A DNA stretch of 64,000 nt. Source: Gemmatimonadales bacterium. GTDB taxonomy: Bacteria; Gemmatimonadota; Gemmatimonadetes; Gemmatimonadales; GWC2-71-9. Below, piece by piece: positions 1-9,034 of this stretch. Location of the stretch: the NCBI GenBank assembly GCA_041577295.1, contig JBFGJG010000016.1, positions 1 through 64,000 on the forward strand, given 5' to 3'. The notes below the pieces were generated by a model. The model worked only from the letters and a program-made list of their open reading frames with translations. It ran no database searches and had not been told where the DNA came from. The position numbers and the translations under genes were made by a program. Within the stretch, counting starts at the first letter, position 1. Every line of letters starts with the position of its first letter.

Positions 1-906
1 CTCTTCTCCCTCGTGATCGGCGGCTACGGACTCTATGGCGTGATCCTCGACGTCACCTTGCAAGTCACGCGTGACGAGCTGTACGAGCAGCGCTCGGTCT
101 CCATGGACTACACCGAGTTTCCGGCCTACTTCGCCAATCGCATCAAGACCGATTCCACCGTTGCCCTGATGCTCGCGCGACCGTCCATCGATCCCGAGCC
201 GGACGAGTTTCTTCGCGAGATGGTGGTCGCGACGTGGCACCGAACGGCTGAGGGCGAGACGGGATCCTTCGCGCTCACGGACGAGGAGCATGTGTTCCGG
301 GACAAGTTCTTCTTCGAACTCTCGCGGCGGTTCGACTGGGCGAAGTCCCTGCGGTGGCGACTCCAGAAACGGGTTGAGCTCGGCACTGGCGAAAAGCGAG
401 TGGTCTCCCGCAACAACGCGATGCGGCCCCCGCTCGCGCCACTCGAGTTTTTGGATTATCGCTCGCGCCGCAAGACCGACATCATCCAGGAGTACTACGT
501 TCCTATCGAGAACTTCGTCCCTTTCATGGACAGATTTCGCGATATCCTCCTCGCGAGCCAGATGAACGTGCTGAGCTCGACCGTACGCTACGTGAGGGCG
601 AACTCCACACCCACGCTCGCGTACGCTCCGGAGCGCGACGTGTTCGCGATCATACAAATGAGCAATGTCGGCCTCTCGAACGAAGATCAAACGCATGCCG
701 CCGCGGTGACCCAACAGCTCGTCGACGCAGCGCTCGAGTTTGGTGGCACATACTACCTGACGTATCAGCTCTACCCCACTCCCGAGCAGCTCCACCGCGC
801 CTATCCCGGCGCGGTCATGGCATTCGAGCTCAAGCGCTTCTACGACCCAAACGAGATTTTCACCAGCAAGTTCTATGAGCGATATGGCCACACCTACCCA
901 GAGTGA
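1..906 (+). CDS. FAD-binding oxidoreductase (YitY / aldonolactone oxidase-like), 5'-truncated by the window edge
   Basis: Frame is open from base 1 (LFSLVIGGYGLYGVILDVTL). Also TDIIQEYYVP, GTYYLTYQ and a C-terminal KRFYDPNEIF motif typical of the FAD_binding_4/ALO family. Confidence 0.8.
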   Translation, partial: LFSLVIGGYGLYGVILDVTLQVTRDELYEQRSVSMDYTEFPAYFANRIKTDSTVALMLARPSIDPEPDEFLREMVVATWHRTAEGETGSFALTDEEHVFRDKFFFELSRRFDWAKSLRWRLQKRVELGTGEKRVVSRNNAMRPPLAPLEFLDYRSRRKTDIIQEYYVPIENFVPFMDRFRDILLASQMNVLSSTVRYVRANSTPTLAYAPERDVFAIIQMSNVGLSNEDQTHAAAVTQQLVDAALEFGGTYYLTYQLYPTPEQLHRAYPGAVMAFELKRFYDPNEIFTSKFYERYGHTYPE

Positions 907-1831
907 CGCCTCCCCGCACCGCCGTCCCATTGCACGCTACCTCTTGGGCGGCGTTGCTGGTGTACTCCTCCTTGGCACGATTTACCTGTTCGGATGCGAG
1001 CCACCGTACCGCGGTGAGCTCGTCTCCCAACCCTCGCAACCACTCGTGTTCGCCCATCGTGGCTTCGGTGATCACGGTCCCGACAACAGCCTCTACGCGG
1101 TAGCGCGCGCGCTCGAGGCCGGGATGGACGGTGTCGATGTAGATGGTCAGTTCACGCGCGATGGTGAGTTGGTCATCTTCCACGACCTGAGCGTGGACCG
1201 CCTCACCTCGGACACGGGTCGGGTGGCGAACAAAACGCTCGACGAGATGTTGGCGCTCGACCTGGGCCCCAAGTTCGACTCGACCATTCACGGGGCGTAC
1301 GTCAGGACGTTCGAAGATTTCGTGCGCACGGTCAAAGGCCGCGGCATTCTGATGGTCGAGCTCAAAGTGCCGAGCATGGCGTCAACCGGTATCGAGGAAC
1401 GGGCGGTCGAGATCATCCAGCGACACGGCGCGCACGAGGACGTGGTGCTCAGCTCGTTCAACCCCATCGTCCTCTGGCGATTGAAGCGGCTCGATCCACA
1501 GGTGCGAACCGCGCTGATCTTCATGGACACGAACTGGAATCCGGAGCTGATTGCCGAGATCAAAGAAGGGGACTTGGTTAACCTCCCGTGGTTCTTGCGA
1601 CAGGAGTTCATTCGCCGCGCGTTCCGCAAGCTCGTGCGCCCCGACATGCTCAGCATCAATCACGAGGTGGATGACGCGGTCATTGACCGACTGATTGCCA
1701 AGGGCTGGCCATCCTTCATCTGGACGACGAACGACGAAGAGGATATCCGGTTCGCGCTGTCCAAGGAGCCGTTTGGGATCATCTCCGATCGACCACTCGT
1801 GACCAGAGAGATCCGAGATCGTGGTCATTGA
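875..1831 (+). CDS. Glycerophosphodiester phosphodiesterase (GDPD) with N-terminal membrane anchor
   Basis: FAHRG, PDNS, DGELVIFHD, ELK, SSFN, WTTN and IISDRP motifs; N-terminal hydrophobic segment. Confidence 0.9.
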   Translation: MSDMATPTQSDASPHRRPIARYLLGGVAGVLLLGTIYLFGCEPPYRGELVSQPSQPLVFAHRGFGDHGPDNSLYAVARALEAGMDGVDVDGQFTRDGELVIFHDLSVDRLTSDTGRVANKTLDEMLALDLGPKFDSTIHGAYVRTFEDFVRTVKGRGILMVELKVPSMASTGIEERAVEIIQRHGAHEDVVLSSFNPIVLWRLKRLDPQVRTALIFMDTNWNPELIAEIKEGDLVNLPWFLRQEFIRRAFRKLVRPDMLSINHEVDDAVIDRLIAKGWPSFIWTTNDEEDIRFALSKEPFGIISDRPLVTREIRDRGH

Positions 1832-2522
1832 GGTCTTTGGCCTCACGATCCACGACCCGGATGTCGTCTTCACCGATCTCGGCCTCGCCGTTCTCGGGAG
1901 CTACCTAGGGTGGCGACTGTGGAGCGCTACGGATCGCCCGCACCTGCTCACGGCTGGCGCGGTGCTCATGTTTGGATTGGCCAGCGCTGCCCTATGGGGA
2001 GCGATCTTTCACGCGTTCTTTCCGAATCAGACGGCGACGCCCGCCGGATTCATAGTCTGGTTGCCCGTAGCGTTTTCGATTCTCGTGGTCGCGGCAACGC
2101 TCCTGGACCTGGCACTCAAGGCGCTCACCCTCGTTCCCTCGTTCCCGCGCCGGGTGCTGGTTGGCATCTACGCGGTCGCTTTCGCGGGCGTGATCTTGCT
2201 GGTGGATGAGTCGTTTGCGACCATCGTTCGTTTCTACGTACCAGCACTGGTGTTGTTCTTGGTCGCGGCAGCGCGGTTGGCCCTCAAGACGCGGACGGCC
2301 GCATGGACGTTGATCGTAGGCGGATTCACGATGTCGGCGTTGGCGGCGGTGCTACAGCAGGTCCGCGTGGCGCTCCACCCCGTTTACTTCGACCACAACG
2401 CGGTCTACCACGTGCTCCAGGGCGGCGCCCTCGTGTTGATCTACTTCGGTTTCCGGAGGGGGCCAGAGTTATTACTACGCGGTCATGCACCCGGAACGGA
2501 TCCAGCGACTCGCCCGGAGTGA
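1821..2522 (+). CDS. Multi-pass membrane protein, DUF6962-like (possible CREST-type hydrolase)
   Basis: About 7 hydrophobic helices, N-terminal DPDVVFTD, GAIFH, C-terminal FDHNAVYHVLQ; overlaps the upstream gene. Confidence 0.6.
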   Translation: MVIEVFGLTIHDPDVVFTDLGLAVLGSYLGWRLWSATDRPHLLTAGAVLMFGLASAALWGAIFHAFFPNQTATPAGFIVWLPVAFSILVVAATLLDLALKALTLVPSFPRRVLVGIYAVAFAGVILLVDESFATIVRFYVPALVLFLVAAARLALKTRTAAWTLIVGGFTMSALAAVLQQVRVALHPVYFDHNAVYHVLQGGALVLIYFGFRRGPELLLRGHAPGTDPATRPE

Positions 2523-3072
2523 GCGGGTCGCACGCCACACCGGCTTCTGGTGGGGACTCGCCGAAGGACTAGCGTTCTTCATCGTACCCGACGTCTATAT
2601 TAGCTTCGCCGTGCTGTTCTCGGCGCGGGCGGGCGCTATGGCGTGGTTGTTTTCGATCGTCGGGTCGGTCGTCGCAATCCCCATCATCTACATCCTCGTG
2701 ACGATCTCGAGCATCGACTACGTGACGTTCCTCGAGACGATTCCGGGGATCTCGCGCGCATTGCTCGAGCGAGTAGAGGAAGGACTGTTGTCCGACGGCC
2801 TGCAGTATACCCCGCTTCTCGCGTTGGGAGGGGTACCACTCAAGGTCTATGGCGCCCTTGCGTTCTCAATCGGCCTGTCGCTCGGCCAGGTGCTCGTGTG
2901 GACGGTTTTTGCCCGCTTCGTTCGAATCGCGCCCACCTACATCGTCGTCGCCGGGATCCGCAAACTTCTTCACCGTCACATCGACGGGCACTCTATCGTG
3001 TGGACCGGCGCGCTGATTCTCTTCTGGGTCGTGTTTTACGTATTCTACCTCTGGCGGATGGGTCAGCTCTAA
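2485..3072 (+). CDS. Membrane protein, YqaA/DedA(VTT)-like
   Basis: WGLAEGLAFFIVPD, GVPLKVY and ARFVR segments; overlaps the upstream gene. Confidence 0.55.
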   Translation: MHPERIQRLARSERVARHTGFWWGLAEGLAFFIVPDVYISFAVLFSARAGAMAWLFSIVGSVVAIPIIYILVTISSIDYVTFLETIPGISRALLERVEEGLLSDGLQYTPLLALGGVPLKVYGALAFSIGLSLGQVLVWTVFARFVRIAPTYIVVAGIRKLLHRHIDGHSIVWTGALILFWVVFYVFYLWRMGQL

Positions 3073-3114
3073 CCCGCGACGACCGCCGAGGAATAGCACG
3101 ACTCCCCTCATGAA

Positions 3115-4149
3115 TCAGTGACTCGGTGAGAGCACTAGGCGACCGGTCACGCCTTTGTGCTCCAGTCGCTCATGGGCGCGCCAGGCGTCTCGCAGCGGCA
3201 ACACCTCCGACACCGTCGGACGCAACGCTCGAGTCTTGATCAGATGGAAAGCCTCTCGCAGTTCCAGCTGCGTGGTGGCGTACGCGCCGAGGATTTCCAA
3301 CTCCTTCACGATCAGCAGGCCAGGGTTCACGTCCACGGAAACGGTCTGAAGGTTGCCCACCACCACCAGGCGTCCGCCCGGGGCAAGCGAGCGAAGGCTC
3401 TGCTCGAAGGCCATGCTCCCCACGATTTCCAACGCGACGTCGACACCCTGGCCACCGGTCAGCTTGCGCGCCTGGCGGGCGAAGTCGAGATCGGGTGACA
3501 CGATCACCTCGTGCGCACCGACTTCGTACAGCGCTTCGGCTTTCGCCTCGCTCGATGTCACCGCAATGACATGGGCCCCGTCGTGACGGGCCAGCTGCAC
3601 CGCTTGCATCCCCACTCCACCGCTGGCACCTGTGACGAGCACTGTCTCACCGCGCTCGACCTTCGCGCGTGTGCGCACCACATGCACGGCGGTGCCGGTC
3701 GTGCAGCAGGCCGTCGCCGCCGCTGGCCAATCGACACCGTCCGGGACCAGCCCGAGGCCGGCAACCGGAGCCGTCATGAACGTGGCGTAGCCACCGGGAA
3801 TCTCTTCCCCGAAGAAGCGGGTGTCGTGTTTACAGAGGCTCTTGCGACCGGAGCGGCAATGCCGGCATTCGCCGCAGTGGAGCCGTTGGAGGGTCGCGGC
3901 ACGGTCACCGACGGACCAGCCAAGGACATCGGGTCCGACGCCAATGACCTCACCTGCCGCTTCGTGACCGAGAATCGCCGGCACCGTGGTCCGCGGGAGA
4001 TTGCCACGCCGATTGATCACATCATGATAGCAGACGCCACACGCTTCGACCCGTAACAACACTTCTCCAGGGCCGGGGGATGGATCCGGAACCTGCTCTG
4101 TTTTGAGATTCTCCGGCGAGCCGAACTCGCGTAGCACGACGGCTTCCAT
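3115..4149 (-). CDS. aibC: Zn-dependent MDR oxidoreductase, AibC-type 3,3-dimethylacrylyl-CoA reductase
   Basis: CGVCYHDVINRRGNLPRT, GHE, structural Zn cysteines (CGECRHC..C), TGASGGVG, NPGLLIVKELEILGAYATT. Closely matches M. xanthus AibC as recalled. AAGGAG RBS. Confidence 0.85.
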   Translation of the reverse strand: MEAVVLREFGSPENLKTEQVPDPSPGPGEVLLRVEACGVCYHDVINRRGNLPRTTVPAILGHEAAGEVIGVGPDVLGWSVGDRAATLQRLHCGECRHCRSGRKSLCKHDTRFFGEEIPGGYATFMTAPVAGLGLVPDGVDWPAAATACCTTGTAVHVVRTRAKVERGETVLVTGASGGVGMQAVQLARHDGAHVIAVTSSEAKAEALYEVGAHEVIVSPDLDFARQARKLTGGQGVDVALEIVGSMAFEQSLRSLAPGGRLVVVGNLQTVSVDVNPGLLIVKELEILGAYATTQLELREAFHLIKTRALRPTVSEVLPLRDAWRAHERLEHKGVTGRLVLSPSH

Positions 4150-4162
4150 AATCGCTCCTTAG

Positions 4163-4918
4163 TTACGCGGCACCGACGAGCCGTTCACACAGCCGGTGCC
4201 GGTCGATGGATCGGATCGCTTCGAGGTGCGTGGGGGTGGGTGGATCAATCACGGGCAACGGATCCGGCACGGTATACCCGAATCCGGTACGCTCCGAAAT
4301 CGCTTCCAGATTCGCATGGGCATGCCGAGCCACTAGCTGCGGGCCCGCAGCCCCGAGCTCGAACGTGCCGAGATCAGTCAGCAACCTGGTGCGTCGGCCT
4401 GGATCGGTGGTCGACGCAATCTGTACTTTGGGCACGAGATTGCGTCGACTCTGGCGGCTGACCAAAAGCAACGGTCGTCGCACCCACCGCCTCAGCGTCG
4501 CGGCGCCCGCAACGCCAGGGAACTTGTACCGGGGATGCTCAATGCTCCCTGCCGCGGTCAAGTTGGTATCGCCCATCCCGTCCACCTCGGCCGCGCCGAA
4601 GAACATCACGTCCACTCGACCGCGACGCGCGTGGTCGAAGAGATCGGGGATCGTCACCACGCCCCGGCTCCCATCGAGATAGGCTAGGTCTTCGGAGCAC
4701 CGTTTGAGCTCCGTGATCTGCGGATCCAGTGAGCCCACACACGCGAGGTACGTGAGGTTCGGCGCATGGGTCCGGCGGGCCACTTCGATTGCCAAGATGG
4801 GCAGTGGAGACACCACGCCGGTAGCAACTACATCACCGTCACAGATCTCGCGTGCCATTGCTGCCACCAGCGCCTCTGCGGCTGTGCCGGCATCATTGCC
4901 GTTCGACCCGTGCATCAT
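4163..4918 (-). CDS. aibB: CoA-transferase-like beta subunit, AibB-type methylglutaconyl-CoA decarboxylase subunit
   Basis: THAPNLTYLACVGSLDP, IPDLFDHARRGRVD, KFPGVAGAATLR, RQSRRNLVP match recalled AibB. ATGA overlap with aibA. Confidence 0.85.
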   Translation of the reverse strand: MMHGSNGNDAGTAAEALVAAMAREICDGDVVATGVVSPLPILAIEVARRTHAPNLTYLACVGSLDPQITELKRCSEDLAYLDGSRGVVTIPDLFDHARRGRVDVMFFGAAEVDGMGDTNLTAAGSIEHPRYKFPGVAGAATLRRWVRRPLLLVSRQSRRNLVPKVQIASTTDPGRRTRLLTDLGTFELGAAGPQLVARHAHANLEAISERTGFGYTVPDPLPVIDPPTPTHLEAIRSIDRHRLCERLVGAA

Positions 4919-5739
4919 GCGGCCCACCGTGCAATCTCGGCCTGCCTACACGACCCGCGAACAATCTCATCGAGATACCCTGCTTCATCCCCCTCCCCCG
5001 CACGGCGGACGTAACGATCGAGATGATCTTCATCGGCAGGATAGAGGCCCACGCAACCCGTCGGATACGCCCCAAAGCGCTCCTCGACAACCAGCTCGAC
5101 CACGAAGCCGGGGATGGTTGCGCTCGGGATCCGATCGACTCGCTCTTCTACCGTGGCGATGACGCGGCGCGCGGCACCGGCGATCAGCACATCCGTGGTC
5201 GGATCTTCAATCCAGAGGTTGCCCCGGGCGTCAGCCGCGCGGGCGTGCACTAGGGCAACGTCCGGGTGGAAGGCCTGTTCGACAGCAACCTGCTCGCCGT
5301 TGAAAGGGTCGGTCACGACGGCCGGCGGTGATCGTTGTGCGAGCGCGGACGCGTCGACGTCTGGCACCGGGAGGAACGGCAGCCCCATCGCCGCCGCGCG
5401 TAAACGCTGGACGACTCGGTAGCCGTCGTGCTCCTGCCAGTCGATGGAGCCGGCCTCGATCGCTCGCTTGAGACAGGGCATTGGGCGGACACCGCCATCG
5501 AGGCTAATGGCGGTGAACAAAAAGTCGACTCGCTGCACCGCACCCGCCGCCACGAGAATCTCCGCGGGCAGCGGGTTGGGAAGCGACACCACTCGAAGGC
5601 CGCGACGACCCTGGCGCACCAGCTCGAACACCAAGGCCATTGGCGCACGGCCCAACATGAACCCGCCCGGTGCGATACTGGCGCCATCGGGTATGGTCGC
5701 CACGGCCTCCTGAAGGGTCACCCAGGTTGACCGCTTCAT
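4915..5739 (-). CDS. aibA: CoA-transferase-like alpha subunit, AibA-type methylglutaconyl-CoA decarboxylase subunit
   Basis: GGFMLGRAPMALV, SLPNPLPAE, RPMPCLKRA, EHDGYRVVQRLRAA, EDPTTD match recalled AibA. Confidence 0.85.
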   Translation of the reverse strand: MKRSTWVTLQEAVATIPDGASIAPGGFMLGRAPMALVFELVRQGRRGLRVVSLPNPLPAEILVAAGAVQRVDFLFTAISLDGGVRPMPCLKRAIEAGSIDWQEHDGYRVVQRLRAAAMGLPFLPVPDVDASALAQRSPPAVVTDPFNGEQVAVEQAFHPDVALVHARAADARGNLWIEDPTTDVLIAGAARRVIATVEERVDRIPSATIPGFVVELVVEERFGAYPTGCVGLYPADEDHLDRYVRRAGEGDEAGYLDEIVRGSCRQAEIARWAA

Positions 5740-6140
5740 GTGGCGACTCGCTGTGAGAGCAGTGGGCGGAACTTGTAGCCGTACACGAGAAACCCATGCG
5801 TGCCGTGCTCTCGAATCCGACGCGTCACCATCTCAACCGGCATGCCGATCTCGACGTCGTCCGGATCGACGTCGGTGAGCTGGGCGGCAACGACCACACC
5901 CTCCTCGAGCCGAATCAGGGCCATGAGGTGTGGAGGCTCGAAACCATCCGGCGTCTGGGCGACCTCGGAGTAGCTGTGCACGGTACCGTAACCGGAGAGA
6001 GCTTTGCACTTGAGTTGGGTTCCGCGACAGGCGCGACACGCCATGCGTGACGGGAACTGGATGGCGCCGCAGGAGAGGCACACCTGTCCCTCCAACCGGT
6101 AGTAGGCGGCGCGCAACCGATGAAACCGTGGCAGATCCAT
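5736..6140 (-). CDS. DUF35 Zn-ribbon/OB-fold protein (thiolase/HMG-CoA synthase scaffold)
   Basis: Starts MDLPRFHR; CLSC...CRAC zinc ribbon, AQLTD, IGMPVEMVTRR, YGYKFRP. ATGA overlap with aibA. Confidence 0.9.
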   Translation of the reverse strand: MDLPRFHRLRAAYYRLEGQVCLSCGAIQFPSRMACRACRGTQLKCKALSGYGTVHSYSEVAQTPDGFEPPHLMALIRLEEGVVVAAQLTDVDPDDVEIGMPVEMVTRRIREHGTHGFLVYGYKFRPLLSQRVAT

Positions 6141-6145
6141 GGGGA

Positions 6146-7294
6146 TTACGCGGCGAGAATGTGGGTGACGGCAACCGAACCATGTCCGCCGATCGATTGG
6201 GTCATGGCACGGCGAGCTTCGCGCAGTTGATTGGCGCCAGCTCGACCCCGAAGCTGAAGTGCGGCCTCGACAATCTGGTACGTCCCACTGGCGCCCACGG
6301 GATGACCGCGGGCTTTCAAGCCTCCGCACGTCGAGATCGGGATACACGCACCCGGCTCCAGACACCCATCGCGCGCCAGACGGAGGGCTTCTCCACGCGG
6401 AGCGTACCCGCACGCTTCGAGTGATAGGGCCGTGATGATGGTGAATGCGTCGTGTGCCTCAAAAAGATTCATGTCATCCGGCTTCATGCGCGCGGCCTCG
6501 AAGCAACGGGACGATGACACCGCTGCTGAGCGCAGAGTCAGGATGTCGTCGCGCGCTGCCAGCGCGATCGTATCGGTCGCCGCGGCAGAGGCGGCAACCC
6601 GGACGGGTTCGTGATGCTTGGCGATGAACTCTTTCGAGCACAGCACTACAGCGGCGGCTCCGTCGCAAATCGGCGCGGCGTCGAGCACGCAGATCGGCGA
6701 TGCGACCATTGGCGAGCGCCCGAAATCTTCGGCGCTGACAGGCTCGCGGAACATGGCATGCTCGTTCGCCGCGGCATTGCGGTGGGCGATCAGCGCAAAC
6801 GGCGCGAATTCCTCACGTCCCGAACCCGTCTCGTGCATGTAGCGTCTCATAAGCAATGCCGAGAGCGCAGTGAAGCTGAAACCGTGACTCGCCTCGTAGT
6901 CTTGATCCGCCGCCGTCGCAAGCCCTGCCGACACGGCGCCGCCCACCGCGTCAGTCATTTTCTCGACGCCGACGGCCACGGCGACCTCGTAGGCCCCTGC
7001 GCCGACCGCCAACGCGGCGGCACGCACCGCCGCACCACCCGACGCACAAGCGGCTTCGACCTTCCACGCCTCCGCGGGCAGCAGGTCCGCAGCGTCGGCC
7101 AGAAGTGTCGCCAGGTTTTCCTGACCGTTGACACAACCGCTCAGCATGTTGCCTACGTAGAGAGCGTCGACGCGCTCGAGCTGCGCGTCGTCCAACGCAG
7201 CGCGAACCGCGGCCGCGCCCAGTTCACGCAAACCGAGGTTCCAATGCTCACCAACCGGCGTTTGCCCCACTCCGATGATGAAAACGTCTCTCAT
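6146..7294 (-). CDS. Archaeal-type (SCP2-like) acetyl-CoA acetyltransferase / thiolase
   Basis: Starts MRDVFIIGVGQT; EAACASGG (catalytic Cys), EAHDAF, GGLKARGHPVGASG, QSIGG. ATGA overlap with the HMG-CoA synthase stop. Confidence 0.9.
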   Translation of the reverse strand: MRDVFIIGVGQTPVGEHWNLGLRELGAAAVRAALDDAQLERVDALYVGNMLSGCVNGQENLATLLADAADLLPAEAWKVEAACASGGAAVRAAALAVGAGAYEVAVAVGVEKMTDAVGGAVSAGLATAADQDYEASHGFSFTALSALLMRRYMHETGSGREEFAPFALIAHRNAAANEHAMFREPVSAEDFGRSPMVASPICVLDAAPICDGAAAVVLCSKEFIAKHHEPVRVAASAAATDTIALAARDDILTLRSAAVSSSRCFEAARMKPDDMNLFEAHDAFTIITALSLEACGYAPRGEALRLARDGCLEPGACIPISTCGGLKARGHPVGASGTYQIVEAALQLRGRAGANQLREARRAMTQSIGGHGSVAVTHILAA

Positions 7295-8340
7295 GATCGG
7301 CGGATCTTCCCTCTGAGCTTCAGGTAGTGCCCGTAGTCCGTGATCCCACGTCTGCGGTCCAGATACTGCTTGACCGTGGGACCATCGCGACGCTGGCAAA
7401 TGCATTCGTTGACCGTGAACGCAAAGGCGTCGCTGCCTGCACCCGACCCGTACGAGCAGAAGAAGATCCGATCGCCCGGCTGAGCGACATCCAGGATGGC
7501 AGCAAGACCAACCAGCGACGATCCCGCGTAGGCGTTTCCCATGCGTGGCGCCAGCAACCCATCACGAATCTGTTCTCGGGAGAAGCCAAGCTCGGACGCC
7601 ACGCGGTGCACGAACTTCGGGACGGGTTGGTGGAACACAGCGTACCGAAAGTCGCCAGTCGACGCGCCGAGCTCGGCGAGTAGGCCACGTGATGCGGACA
7701 GGGTATGGTGAAAGTAGGAAGGCTCACCCGTGAACCGGCCGCCGTGCTCGGGATACGCAGCGCCTTCGCGCCGGAAAAAATCCGGCGTGTCGGTGACGTG
7801 CGAAAGCGAGCCTTCCACCACCGCCATCGCACGATCGGCTGGCGCGAAGACAAACGCCGCGCCACCGCACCCCGCGGTGTATTCGAGGGCATCTCCCGGC
7901 TTGGACTGCGCGGTGTCCATACCGATCGCTAGCGCCCCATCCACCATCCCGGAGCCGACGAACGCCACGGCTGCCTGCATAGCCTCACTCCCCGCCTTGC
8001 AAGCAAACTCCATGTCCGCAGCAACGACGGTGGGAGTAAGGCCGAGGGCTTCGGCGACGATGGTCGCCGACGGTTTCACCGCGTACGGCTTCGACTCCGT
8101 ACCCACCCACACCGCACCGATTGCGCCGCCTTCGATTCCAGAACGCGCAACCGCCGTCCGGCCGGCTTCGATCGCCATGGTCACCACGTCTTCATCCGGA
8201 CCGGGGACGGATTTCTCAGCCACCGCAGCACCCCCGGCGCCACGCGGGCGCCAGGCCGCCGAGATGGCCGCGGTCGCAACACGGAAGCGCGGTACATACG
8301 CTCCGTAACCCGCGATACCCACCGCTTGCCTCGCCCTCAT
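7291..8340 (-). CDS. Archaeal-type hydroxymethylglutaryl-CoA synthase
   Basis: GYGAYVPRFR, EKSVPGPDED, GTESKPYAVKP, DMEFACKAG (Cys), DTPDFFRR, HGGRFTGEPSYF, FHQP, GNAYAGS, SYGSGAGSDAF; 349 aa, as in the archaeal subfamily. Confidence 0.9.
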   Translation of the reverse strand: MRARQAVGIAGYGAYVPRFRVATAAISAAWRPRGAGGAAVAEKSVPGPDEDVVTMAIEAGRTAVARSGIEGGAIGAVWVGTESKPYAVKPSATIVAEALGLTPTVVAADMEFACKAGSEAMQAAVAFVGSGMVDGALAIGMDTAQSKPGDALEYTAGCGGAAFVFAPADRAMAVVEGSLSHVTDTPDFFRREGAAYPEHGGRFTGEPSYFHHTLSASRGLLAELGASTGDFRYAVFHQPVPKFVHRVASELGFSREQIRDGLLAPRMGNAYAGSSLVGLAAILDVAQPGDRIFFCSYGSGAGSDAFAFTVNECICQRRDGPTVKQYLDRRRGITDYGHYLKLRGKIRRS

Positions 8341-8988
8341 CTAGGCCTCCTCGAGTCCGCGAAAGAACAGGTCCTGCATGTCACGCGCGAGCTGTTCTTC
8401 TGGTACCTCGCCATCGGCGCGAAACCATTTGTAGATCCAGTTCACCATCCCGAGAAACGAGAACGCCGCCACTTTCGGATGCACTCGGCGGATCCGACCA
8501 GCGCGGATCGCCTCGGTGAATGACGACTCGAGAAACCGGATGTAGCGTTTCTTGCGCGCGTTGATCTGGACCTGCGCGTCGCCACTGAGTGCCCCCTGCT
8601 CGTGGAGGATGATGCTGATGGACTTGTCTCGACCACCGGTGACCAGCAGCACGTGCTTTTCCATACACACCTTCAGCCGCTCGACCGGGTCAGCGATCGG
8701 CATCACTTGTGAGAGAACCTGCGCTTCGAAGATGTCCATTCCGTAATTCATGATCTCGAGTAAGAGGTGCTCTTTGCTCCGGATGTGGTGGTACAGGCCC
8801 GCCTTGGTCAGGCCGCACGCGTCGGCGATCTGCTGAATCGATGTCGCCTCGTACCCGTGCTGGCAGATCAGCTGCGCCGCCGTTTCCAGTATCTGCTCGT
8901 GGCGGGTCTTGGCGCTCTGCGCCCCGCGGTCCTCACCACGCGGGGCCTGGCTTTTCGCGTGCTTCTTCTTGGTTTTACGTGGTCCCAT
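8341..8988 (-). CDS. aibR: TetR-family regulator, AibR-type
   Basis: ILETAAQLICQHGYEATS, TKAGLYHHI, IMNYGMD, AFSFLGMVNWIYKWF match recalled AibR. Start set to the ATG at 8988, downstream of the operator. Confidence 0.85.
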   Translation of the reverse strand: MGPRKTKKKHAKSQAPRGEDRGAQSAKTRHEQILETAAQLICQHGYEATSIQQIADACGLTKAGLYHHIRSKEHLLLEIMNYGMDIFEAQVLSQVMPIADPVERLKVCMEKHVLLVTGGRDKSISIILHEQGALSGDAQVQINARKKRYIRFLESSFTEAIRAGRIRRVHPKVAAFSFLGMVNWIYKWFRADGEVPEEQLARDMQDLFFRGLEEA

Positions 8989-8996
8989 GTCCAGAG

Positions 8997-9034
8997 CGAC
9001 CGACCGTTCGGTATACCTACCGGTCGGTCGGTAG
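8997..9034. promoter_or_regulatory. Tandem 18-bp imperfect palindromes, putative AibR operators
   Basis: CTACCGGTCGGTCGGTAG at 9017-9034. A 14/18 inverted copy (CGACCGACCGTTCGGTAT) at 8997-9014. Minus-strand TTGACA at 9058-9063. Confidence 0.75.

Noticed and set aside
5736..8340. PhlABC-type (diacetylphloroglucinol) acyltransferase
   Set aside because: The HMGCS keeps catalytic Glu/Cys/His and archaeal signature motifs, there is no phlD type III PKS, and the aib context explains an HMG-CoA product.
5736..8340. Mevalonate pathway operon or archaeal contamination
   Set aside because: No reductase or kinases are present, and the genes overlap or abut bacterial aib genes seamlessly.
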